Origin: Octopus vulgaris
Lineage: Eukaryota
Assembly: GCA_951406725.2 (NCBI GenBank)
Contig: OX597818.1
Coordinates: 65,534,001 to 65,598,000, forward strand
Direction: 5' to 3'
Length of the DNA: 64,000 nucleotides
In this document: positions 52,979-64,000 of the stretch, one piece after another
Layout of the letters: each line of letters starts with the position of its first letter
Numbering within the stretch: position 1 is the stretch's first letter
The notes under the pieces: model-generated
What the model was told of the DNA's origin: nothing
Database searches by the model: none
The model's input: only the letters and a program-made list of their open reading frames with translations
Translations under genes and position numbers: made by a program

Positions 52979-55859
52979 AATACATACCTACATACATAAA
53001 AACATACATGCCCAAGGCATCAGCCCTTCCACCAATACACAAAAATGGAAGATAAGATTCCTGGAGGACTGGGACGAGGCCCATCCAAACCACATCCCTT
53101 TCTTCGTCCTCACTGAAACCCATCTTAGTGACCTCCACTTGGAAGCCGAGGTGAAAGTTAAAAATTTCAAAACCATTCGTGCTGATCGTGTTGGCAGAAG
53201 AAAGGGTGGGACTGCCATTTATGTCCATGATTCATTCTCAACAGAAGCCATGAACATATTTTCGAATGGATACTGCGAAGCAGTCGCTGTATTCAGTCAA
53301 ACCAACAACTTAACAGTAGTTGGGCTCTACAGACCACCCCAAACGCCCCTACCATGCTTCAAGGAATGCCTCAACAGCATAAAGTGTTTCATTCAGCAGT
53401 GTCAACCTGACAACATTTTAATGATGGGAGATTTCAACCTTCCCGGGGTTGACTGGTCTACAAACAGTCTGCCGCCAGGTTCTTCTCTCTCAACCCCTGA
53501 CAGGGAGGCAGTGGAATCGCTTCTTGACTTCATGGATGACTTCTTCTTGTCCCAACTGGTACTCGAACCAACGAGATGTCACAAAAACGTCTTAGACTTA
53601 ATTTTCAGCAATCACACTGATACTATCCACAATATTGCAGTGGAGAAAACCCTACTCTCCGACCATGACATGGTTCTCTGTGATCTGAGATTTCACTGGC
53701 CAAAATGCAAAACAAATGTCATTCCTCCTGTTCATCCATTTGACACTATGGATTTCCACAATGCAAACTGGGAAGCGATCAATAATGATCTTGCACAAGT
53801 CGATTGGTCCTTCACGCACACATACACACCCACTAACATCAAAAAGTCCTGGCAGTCACTTGTAGACACCATCACGAACATATGTGCAAGACACACCCCA
53901 TTAAGATCTGCAAACAAATCTAAGTGTCGAATCCCTAGAAATAGAAAATCTCTCATAAGGAAAATTAAAAGAATCAACAAAAAGATCAACATGCTGAAAT
54001 ACTGTCAACAGCAACACACCAACCTGACTGCCATCTCGTCGCTAGAGATTAAAAAACATAAACTCCAAAACAACATGATGTCTATCATCAATAGTCAGCG
54101 AAGAGCTGAAGAGGCCTGGGCCATTGAGAAGATCAAACTCAATCCCAAAGTGTTCTTTTCATTTGCAAAAAAACACAGAGTCACTGGTTCTACTGTTGGC
54201 CCTCTGATTGATGAAAATGGTACTCTTCAAGACAATGCCAAAACCATGGGAGAAATATTGCAGAAACAATATTGCTCTGTTTTCAGCAATCCTGATATGA
54301 CTGATCTGGGCTGTATCAGTGATGTTACTCCCCAATACACTTTATCGGACATAACATTTGGCGCTCCTGATGTCTTAGCAGCAATAAAGGAAATGAAGCA
54401 TAATTCAGCAGTAGGTCCCGATAGGTTCCCTGCTTGTGTCTTGAAGATGTGTCAAAACCAACTTGCACCCCCTCTAGCCAATCTGTGGCGGAACTCACTG
54501 GATGCTGGATATATACCAGACGACCTTCTATCCCAGTTTGTTGTCCCAGTTTTCAAAAAAGGAAACAAATCGTTTGCCGTGAATTACCGTCCAATCTCAC
54601 TCACCTCTCATATCATCAAGGTATTTGAGAGGGTGCTGAGATCGCGTATGACTCACTTCCTTGAGAGTCATAATATGCTGAACCCCAACCAGCATGGATT
54701 CCGTAATGGGAGAGATTGCCTGACGCAGCTACTGCATCATTTTGATGACATTTTGAGAGCCTTGGGAGAGGGTTCCAACACTGATGTCATCTACCTTGAT
54801 TTCAGCAAGGCCTTTGACAGGGTTGATCATAAGATCCTTCTGAGAAAGCTGTCCAATATTGGTGTCACTGGAAAGCTGCTGCAATGGATCAAGTGCTTCC
54901 TCTCTAACAGAACCCAACATGTTGTAGTCGAGGGAGTCAAATCCAGCCCAGCCAAAGTCAGCAGTGGTGTCCCACAAGGCACTGTGTTGGGCCCACTTCT
55001 CTTCATCATCTACATAAATGATATTACTGACACCATCAAACACAGCAACATCAGAACCTTCGCTGATGATTCCAAGCTCCAGAAGGTCATCAATGGCGTG
55101 GATGACCGAATAAACCTTCAGTCAGACCTACTGGCTGTTGTCCAATGGGCAGAAAAGAATAACATGTTGCTAAATGAAGACAAATTCGAACTGATCCACT
55201 TTGGAAGGGAGGACGCTCTGAAACTCCCATACTCTCTTCCTTCTGGAGAAATTCTCATGGCATCCAACAACATCAGAGACCTGGGAGTAACAGTGGACAA
55301 CAACATAAGCTGGGCTACACATATAAGCAGCAAAGTTGACATGGCCCGCAGGATGTGTTCCTGGATTCTCAGAACCTTCCAGTCGAGAGATTCCCACGCT
55401 ATTATCCTTCTCTTCTCCACTTTTGCCCGACCCCACCTTGAATACTGCTGTCCACTGTGGTCTCCCTACACAAAACAAAATATTATGAGAATTGAAGCTC
55501 CCCAAAGGTCGATCACAAAAAAGATAGATGGCATGTCAGACCTTGACTACTGGGGTAGACTAGAGAAGCTGAAATTGTATTCACTCCAACGACGCCGTGA
55601 ACGCTACATTATCTGTATGATGTGGAAAATATTCCATCAGCACTGTCCGAATGATGTTGGCATCACCTTCAAAATGCATCCAAGGCTTGTACCACGTGCC
55701 ATCCGTCCACAACAAAAATCTAAATCGCATCACATAACGACAATACGGCACAACTATTTCACCTCATTTGGACCTGCTCTCTTCAACATTACACCAGGAC
55801 ACGTCAAAAAAGAAACTGACCACACAAAATTCAAGAAGTCTTTGGACAAATTCCTTTAA
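52881..55859 (+). CDS. LINE ORF2 polyprotein (APE endonuclease + reverse transcriptase), CR1/L2 group; true element sequence starts near 53008
   Basis: APE motifs LTETHL, GGTAIYV, LYRPP, MGDFNLP, LDLIF, SDH; RT motifs NYRPISLTS, QHGFR, YLDFSKAFDRVDH, SGVPQGTVLGPLLF, FADD, RDLGV, RPHLEYC. The first ~42 codons are antisense SINE plus microsatellite. Confidence 0.97.
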   Translation: MLRNKTQSPFRESNSPPHCCEHDAPSNDPYVFAIHTYIHKNIHAQGISPSTNTQKWKIRFLEDWDEAHPNHIPFFVLTETHLSDLHLEAEVKVKNFKTIRADRVGRRKGGTAIYVHDSFSTEAMNIFSNGYCEAVAVFSQTNNLTVVGLYRPPQTPLPCFKECLNSIKCFIQQCQPDNILMMGDFNLPGVDWSTNSLPPGSSLSTPDREAVESLLDFMDDFFLSQLVLEPTRCHKNVLDLIFSNHTDTIHNIAVEKTLLSDHDMVLCDLRFHWPKCKTNVIPPVHPFDTMDFHNANWEAINNDLAQVDWSFTHTYTPTNIKKSWQSLVDTITNICARHTPLRSANKSKCRIPRNRKSLIRKIKRINKKINMLKYCQQQHTNLTAISSLEIKKHKLQNNMMSIINSQRRAEEAWAIEKIKLNPKVFFSFAKKHRVTGSTVGPLIDENGTLQDNAKTMGEILQKQYCSVFSNPDMTDLGCISDVTPQYTLSDITFGAPDVLAAIKEMKHNSAVGPDRFPACVLKMCQNQLAPPLANLWRNSLDAGYIPDDLLSQFVVPVFKKGNKSFAVNYRPISLTSHIIKVFERVLRSRMTHFLESHNMLNPNQHGFRNGRDCLTQLLHHFDDILRALGEGSNTDVIYLDFSKAFDRVDHKILLRKLSNIGVTGKLLQWIKCFLSNRTQHVVVEGVKSSPAKVSSGVPQGTVLGPLLFIIYINDITDTIKHSNIRTFADDSKLQKVINGVDDRINLQSDLLAVVQWAEKNNMLLNEDKFELIHFGREDALKLPYSLPSGEILMASNNIRDLGVTVDNNISWATHISSKVDMARRMCSWILRTFQSRDSHAIILLFSTFARPHLEYCCPLWSPYTKQNIMRIEAPQRSITKKIDGMSDLDYWGRLEKLKLYSLQRRRERYIICMMWKIFHQHCPNDVGITFKMHPRLVPRAIRPQQKSKSHHITTIRHNYFTSFGPALFNITPGHVKKETDHTKFKKSLDKFL

Positions 55860-56034
55860 ACAGTACCGGACAAACCACCCACACCCGGATATGTCTCCGC
55901 AAACAATAACTCTCTGCTCGAATGGGCCTTGGTGCCCAAATCCTGAACTGAAAGACTTCGCCAGGTGGTGCTATTAAGTTAGACATGGCCTGGGCCAATA
56001 CTGGCCAAAAACCTTTCTAAGTTATTCTAAGTTA
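53008..56034 (+). mobile_element. 5'-truncated CR1/L2-group LINE inserted in a (TACA)n tract
   Basis: No ORF1 or 5' UTR; 3' UTR hairpin GGCCAATACTGGCC; tail TTCTAAGTTA x2; TACA repeats on both sides. Confidence 0.92.
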
Positions 56035-56116
56035 CATACAGATATACATACATACATATATACGTATATACATACATACATACATACATATATACATACA
56101 TACATACATACATACA

Positions 56117-56150
<34 letters not shown>

Positions 56151-56477
56151 CATACATACATACATACATAACCATGATAATTTCAGACATTTTCTTCTTA
56201 AAAAATGTAGATGGATGTTACATGTGATTTCCATAAATCGAGAATCAGCAAATTTATGCCGATGACTATTTATAAATATTCTTAGCACTTTATTAGTAAG
56301 ATGCTCAAATATAATTTTAAAATATTTAATTCATGCCGTTAACTGCCATAAAATATTTCAGTAAATATTTTAGAAGTTCAACGGCATAAATTTATTAATC
56401 CTTGCAGGTAACATATATGTGCATTATTCAATACCACATCAACCTCTCTCTCTCTGTCTCCCTGTCTCTCTCCCCTC

Positions 56478-56560
<83 letters not shown>

Positions 56561-57919
56561 AAACATGCATATACACTTGTGTGTAAGTATACGTGTCGGT
56601 ATCATTCACGTACACCATAGCATACTTTCGTTTAAACAGTGTAAAATGAAAGAGAATATATCTATGAGTGTGTTTGTGTGTGTATGTGTGTATGTGCGTA
56701 TGTGTATTTACACATGGACTCACACGTATTTGCATGTGAGTCATTAGCATGATGAAACACATTTTATGAATATTTACAAAGTTTAGGCGTGTTTAAATAT
56801 TAAACAATATAGGAAGAAAAAGTATGTTAAAAACCCGTGTTTGTGTTTGTTCTTTAGATTAGAATTTGCAAGGATTTAAGTATAAAATTAAAAATATTTT
56901 AAATTCAATAATCAATAGTTAAGAACAAAGTGATTAGGAATCCGCCACAACTGCAATCACTGGACCGGAAACTTCAGATAATAATTAATGTGCGACTTTT
57001 CGTTCTGTCAAAGTTATCATTTTAGTTAGGTCTCCAATATTTTCTAAAATTCCATTATTGCAGTTGAATTTTCCGAGTCTTCATAGTCTTCGGTTTACTT
57101 CTAATGCATAATTTTAATGATTATTATATTTCATGTGGAATGAACTGTTACAAACTAGAATTATTACTAAGCGGCTCTTTTTGAAAATGTTGCTAGAATC
57201 AAAAATGTTAATGCAAGTCGTATTAATATTATTTGAAATGACCTAAAAATGTTGAACGCTGGACGTAATGAAAGCTATTATTTCCATTGCATTTAAACTT
57301 CCTTTCATACTTTGATTACGATATTCATTTTGCTATTGTATGAGACGTATTAGCTCATGCATGCTTCAAACACACATCAGTGATGTTTCGAAAAAACATA
57401 AAAGAGCAATAAATAAATACTTTAATTCTGAAAAAGGAAATATTCGCTTCCAAACAGATTTTGGTATTGTTTGAATAGCGAAACTAAAATGTTGAGGAAG
57501 GATATGTAGCGTATTGAAGGAATTTATATTTCAAACTTTTCATTGTGATACGAAACTGTAGATGTCAAAACAAAGAGACAGTCAGATTGTTTAGGGTTCA
57601 GGGGTTTCTTCATCAGGTGTAAAATGATGTAGGAGAACGTGTCTCGATGTGGTGCAAGGTGATCAAACGTACACCGCGCTTAATATGGAAGTACAAATTA
57701 TATAAACATGACTTGGAAAGAAGTCTAACCTTTTGTGCAGGCGGTAAACACTGCGTGAGAAGGAATAGAACTGGCAACGCTGAGTCGTGAGAAGTCGTTG
57801 TTTTCAGATGATCTCGGAGTTCCTAACAGACCATCCGCTGGTTCCGTAACAAAATTCTCTCTTTTACTCTTAGAATAAAGACATTGGATTCGATTCCCTA
57901 TATACAGAAAAGGGATGGA

Positions 57920-58400
57920 GAGCATATTTTGATGATCTTATAAATCCGTTCACGATAAAACATCCTGGTAGGCTAATTTCAGAGACCCTGAAGCCGTAGA
58001 TACGATTAAATCACGCAAATGCGACAAAGTTACTAGGGAATAAGTAATTTCCGCTTGGGAGATTTAAAGACTTACAGAAGGTTTCCACTGGCTGAGTGGA
58101 ATATGCTGGATGTTTCGGAACACAGGAAAGACGCCAAAGTAATGGCAATCGAAGGTGATAATCTCAATATTTGAAAAGAGAGATAAGACAGAATTTTCTA
58201 ATTTGAAGATAAATCTTTCTGTTAGCTTCCTTGGTAAAATCTTTGCTAAGAGTCTGCAAGAAAGTCATATGGGAATTGTTGAGCTCAATATATCGGAGGA
58301 AGAGCTTACCTTATTCTGGACGAAGCTCAATCGATTACATGTTTACTTTACCGCATGTCTTCCACAACTCACGGCGTTTACAATTGTTTGTTGACCTCGC
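57920..58400 (+). pseudogene. Degenerate RTE-like RT fragment
   Basis: TGKTPK*WQSKVIISIFEKRDKTEFSN..SFLGKIFAK resembles the RT N-terminal motif PxxWxxxxIIPIFKKGDxxECxNYRGISLLSxxGKxFAK. Confidence 0.65.
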
Positions 58401-58733
58401 ATTTGCCCAACACCGGGAAAGGGCTTAGCAGCGGCTGTCTTTGTGCTCCTTATACGCGTCTATACATATGCACATGTACATATTCATGTGTGCGCATATG
58501 TATGTATATCGTGCTTGTATATGTATATGTGTGTATAGAGAAATCTCGTTTAGATAAGGAATGAATTAAAACCATCATATTCTTTATGCTTGTATGTATG
58601 TATGCAAAATTAGCTGTCTGTGTATTTCTTGTGCGTACGTTTCTACATGCACGCGTATGTGCGTGCATTTCTACGTATCATGTAAATGCATGTGTGTTTG
58701 TGCATGCGTGTTTATATTTATGTATATTTATGT

Positions 58734-59219
<486 letters not shown>

Positions 59220-59683
59220 ACAAATAATATATATATATATATATATATTATAACGAACCATGTATGTTTATATGTATATATGTACGCATGTATCGTGAAC
59301 ATGTACGGATGCATTTGTATATATATATATATATATATATACTCACGCGAACTACTCAATGGAGCAGATAATGGAACATCCAGTTTCCCTCTCTTCACCT
59401 TTTCTTTTGTCTTCGTCGTCTTCCCTCTTTTCACAATATAAAAAATCCCTTCGAACCTAGGACCGTGACGCCAGTGTTCGCAGGTTCAACTTCCACTTGC
59501 CTTCCGCCTTAATCTTATTTAGCCGTTCCTTCAACTCGCCTCTCCCTTCATCACCCCGTTCTAGCTTATTCCTCCTTCTTTTCTCTTTTCCTTCCTTTCT
59601 CCCTCTTCACCTTCTTCCCAGAAATTGCGTATGTGTACATATGTACAAATAAAGGTTGCAAATAAATACGAGTTTGTTTAGTT

Positions 59684-60010
59684 ATAGGAGCACTCCGTTG
59701 GTTACGACGACGAGGGTCCCAGCTGATATGATCAACAGAACGGCTTGCTCGTGAACTTAATGTGCAAGTGCTTGAGCACTCCACCAACACGTGTACCCTT
59801 ATCGTAGTTCTCAGGGAGATTCAGCGTGAGACAGAGTGTGACAAGGCCGGCCTTTTGAAATACAGGTACAACTCATTTTTGCCAGCTGAGTGGACTGGAG
59901 CAACGTGAAATAAAGTATCTTGCTCAAGGACACAACGCATCGCCGGGAATCGAACTCACGACCTTACAATCGTCAGCCGAATGCCCTAACCACTAAGTCA
60001 TGCGCCTTCA
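59684..60010 (-). mobile_element. SINE family C with CORE-type head (head type 1), full length
   Basis: GAAGGCGCATGACTTAGTGGTTAGGG, GAGTTCGATTCCC, TGTGTCCTTGAGCAAGATACTT, then the shared tail. Confidence 0.9.
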
Positions 60011-60324
60011 CACGAGTTTGTAGACAATATGTGTATATTTTCGCGTTTGTTTAGATATATTTATATATTTACCTTTGTATGCAAAATGCTGGCAAATTGT
60101 ATGTTCGATATTAACACTTTATACTGCATTAATCCTGAATTACCAGAAATAGAGTGAGTTCCCTACAGCGATGACGCATTGGTCACCTTGCATAACCCTG
60201 CCAATATTGAGATGGAAGAATACAGGAAACAATTAAAATCTTCTTCAAAAGCGAATGCCTGTCCATCTCAGTATAGGAGCAACATACCCGAGTCAACTTC
60301 TTAGCTCTTACACTAAATCTTAGT

Positions 60325-60681
60325 CGTGGTACTCCGTCAGTTACCACGATGAGGTTTCCAGTTATTTCGACCACTTGAACACCCTGCTTGTGAAATTAAT
60401 GGGCAAGTGGTTGAGCACTCCAAAGACGCGTGTACACATAACGTAGTTCTCGGGGTGATTCAGCGCGAGAAAGAGTGTGACTAGGCTGGCCCTTCAAATA
60501 TAGGTACAGCAGATTCAGAAAGGAGTGAAATTTGTGGTGAAAAGTACAGCAGCGTTTACCACTACACCCTGGCGGAGCCACGTGGAGCTTTAGTATTTTC
60601 GCTCAATAAACACTCACAACGCCGGGTCTGGGAATCGAAACCGTGAGTCCGCTGCCCTAACCACTGGGCCATTGCGCATCC
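60325..60681 (-). mobile_element. SINE family C (head type 2)
   Basis: GCGCAATGGCCCAGTGGTTAGGG, GGTTTCGATTCCC; homologous to 15397-15752. Confidence 0.88.
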
Positions 60682-62144
60682 ATACTAGATCTTAGTACCG
60701 CATTAACGAAACAATGCCACAAACTTAATGACAACCTAAAATACATAAGCTTCAGTTGTGATAACCCCATCCATGGTCGGTAACATATTCGCTTTTATAT
60801 CCTGACTGTCGGCTAACGATGAGATATATAAACTAAACGAGATATACTATAAGAAAGCTTTAGATAAAGCAGGATAGGGAGAAAGATTATTACATATTCC
60901 ATTGAGCGAAGCCAAACTTAATAATTACAATAATGTAACACGCAGGTTAACATATTACACAGCCAGAAATAACTAAGGCCCAGCGTTCGTTATAATTTGT
61001 CGGGAATAATTTAGGACAAAAGACAAGCTATTAGGACTGTTATATGTGTTGGATTAAATAATTAAATAAATAAATCAAGTATGGAAATGTGGTATATGAA
61101 GTAAGGTGGTTGGACTTCACCACATCTTAGTAAGTAAATAATTGAAGTTAAATTATGGGCCCTTGATTATGATAAAAACTATTTATTAGTATAATAAGCA
61201 TAATTATTCAGAACTATTACGATTACTTCAAAAGTGTGATTAAACCTATTGGCGTATGCTGCAGGAAAAATTCCCATAGAAAAACATTAAGCGACGAATT
61301 ACTATTTTAAGTTTTCTCATTCTCGCAACGTTCCAAAGCGACACATAAGCAAAATAGTATGTTTTAAACATATTCAGCCATTTCTTTACTTCTCTAGACT
61401 CTTCTTTTTATGTACGTATTTTTCTTCAGTTTCATGAAGCCCCATGTTCCAGATCAGTCCAATTACCAAATATGATGAATATTATGTTTAGCATATCAAT
61501 GGCAATACCATATGACACTGGAAGCAGAAACAGCCGTTAGACGAGATGAAGTTTATTTGTATTGAATTAAGAAATAATATTTGGTGAAAGTCCATTGTTA
61601 TATTCAATATTTTTCCATTTTGTGTTTACTTTAAATTGTACATATATATATATATATATATATGCGTAGGCAATTCTAATTACATTTTTAATTTCTGTGT
61701 AATTAATATATGCATATTTACACCATATACATATATTTATATACATACATACAAATATATATGTGCGTGTGTATGCATATATGGGTGCATGTCGCCATGT
61801 TTCTGTATTTATATGTGATCGTGTACCTTTGTGTTCATTTGTACACGTTAGCTGAAATATATATTTTTTTTCCAACCGGGTGTCGTTATATTTATGATGT
61901 AATGAATGACGAATATATCATCCGATAGTATTTAGCAGCCCATTAATAATTGAAGCAGACAAACTGACACAATTATTTTTCCAGCAGGACGATTTATAAC
62001 TTATGAGATTTCCAATTTCTTTCTATTAATATGTCCTTTTCTCTCTGTCTATATTTCTCCTCCTGTCTCTCACTGTATATACACATAGAGACACAAAGAC
62101 AACCACATACACACACACATATATAAACATATATACATACATAC

Positions 62145-62257
<113 letters not shown>

Positions 62258-62386
62258 CATATATAAACATATACATATAAAGAGAGTGGGAGAGGGTTAT
62301 TAAAAAGCATTCCATCATTTATATGCATACATATAAACTTATTGTTCTTTACAAAAATATATTCAACGTGATATAGATTATCCGGC

Positions 62387-62395
62387 AATAATAAT

Positions 62396-62448
<53 letters not shown>

Positions 62449-62459
62449 TAATAATAATG

Positions 62460-62490
<31 letters not shown>

Positions 62491-62516
62491 TAATAATAAT
62501 AATGATAATAATAATG

Positions 62517-62583
<67 letters not shown>

Positions 62584-62606
62584 TAATAATAATGATAATA
62601 ATAATA
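62387..62606. repeat. (AAT)n trinucleotide tract with GAT interruptions
   Basis: Direct reading; explains the poly-I and poly-Y ORFs. Confidence 0.98.
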
Positions 62607-63281
62607 AAGAAAGGAATAGTTGTAATAATAAGATATATTGTCAAGATACATACTCTGTTTATATCTGAACACAGTTCTAAAATTATACTAAAATACTGCA
62701 TAACTGTGTGCAAAGTTTTCTTGCAGTAAATATTTTCATTGGAAGAATTTGTTAATTCAAATGCATTACGAAGTGTATAAAACTATTGGTTGTGCGATTA
62801 ACGAGAATATATTTGCTTTAATATATCACTGTCTTGCGTCAACTCAGAAAACATTATCGAGAAGTTTTCTGGCTTGGATTTTATTAATATATAATAGGCA
62901 TGCAAATAGGAATGATAATGATGTATAAATATACTAGACACACAAACGCATTCACACATACACAAACACACGCACGCAAACACACACACACACACACACA
63001 CACAAACAAACAAACAAAAAACACAGCAACGTGTATACGTATATATTTTCTGCTCCCTGTCTCCAACCATAATTTTCCCTCTACGGCCTTTCCTTGTCAT
63101 TTGGCGGGTTTTCTTCGGGTACTTAGGAAAATAGTGTTTATGAGGTAACGCATCTATTTAAGATAATGTTTCGAAATATCCAATGAAATGGATTATGTTA
63201 CATAAATCTTGCGTTACTCGTCGTAACACGCTTTACACGCATGGATCCGGGTATCAGCTAAAGGTCCCGTGCCGTGTTAAT

Positions 63282-63320
<39 letters not shown>

Positions 63321-63334
63321 TTTATATATGTAGT

Positions 63335-63480
63335 TGGAATTTACAGATAAAACATAAAATGAAGACATGTTTATGAGCAACATGCAGGTGTAATAGTTTG
63401 ACGCGCGTGAAAGTGATAAAGTCTTTTGTGTTTCGAGCCTACGTTCTTCAACAGACAGGAATAAGAGAAAATAGAGTGTG
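63335..63480 (-). mobile_element. Short repeat homologous to 18405-18595
   Basis: Shared CTGTTGAAGAACGTA..GAAAC block and downstream GTCTTC..TTTT. Confidence 0.6.
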
Positions 63481-64000
63481 TATGTATATACACACATGTA
63501 CACATATGTAAGCACACGCACACACGCGTAAGCACATTTAAAGTTACATACACTGAAGCAGACACATGCCTGAATGTATATATTAACAACCACAGGAAAG
63601 GTTTGACTACATGAATCCATCTCTTGGTAAAAGAACGTTTGAGGGGATTAGATTTGATGTAAAAGAAAAGTGTTCATTGAAGAAGTTCAACATTTTATAA
63701 AATTCAATTCTTTTTAAAGATTAACTTTATGTCTTGGAAGCAAAGGCGCTCTGATGCAAGGGGCAATGTTGAAGCGGTTGAACATTGTCGTAGGAGACCC
63801 TCACCAGTAACTCCTCACATCGATTATCTCCAGTATATCTCAGGCTCATATCATAAGCGATACCTATTAATTAAGCCAAGTTACAGAGGGCAACATTGTC
63901 GGAACATCAAATAGATAACTTGAATGATGTCATACATGGACCGTAGTCAGCCATCTTCATACAGATTCCATCAAGCATGATATCGAATAACCAGGAACTA

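Noticed and set aside
59940-60010. tRNA gene candidates at SINE heads
   Set aside because: A/B boxes run into SINE cores with no complete cloverleaf or terminator.

Overview
Eukaryotic, very AT-rich, repeat-dominated window with no supportable host protein-coding exon. The dense (TA)n/(CA)n/(TACA)n microsatellites and the tRNA-derived SINE repertoire point to a coleoid cephalopod, most likely Octopus (inference). Nearly all ORFs in the track are microsatellite read-throughs. The only long ORF (52881-55859) is a near-intact CR1/L2-group LINE ORF2 (APE endonuclease + RT); a 3' fragment of a sister subfamily lies at 24931-25406. Other elements: degenerate RTE, Gypsy, mariner and Penelope-like (PLE) remnants, two non-autonomous Helitrons, a Helentron-type element and at least three SINE families. 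The main unexplained structure is a set of mutually dissimilar 0.2-0.9 kb non-coding elements, many flanked by (TA)n. They combine fold-back and/or tandem pseudo-LTR architecture with minimal hammerhead ribozyme motifs (about ten loci), and look like retrozyme/non-autonomous PLE-type RNA elements. One SINE family appears to insert repeatedly into the same position of older copies of itself. Coordinates were read by eye and may be off by a few bases.
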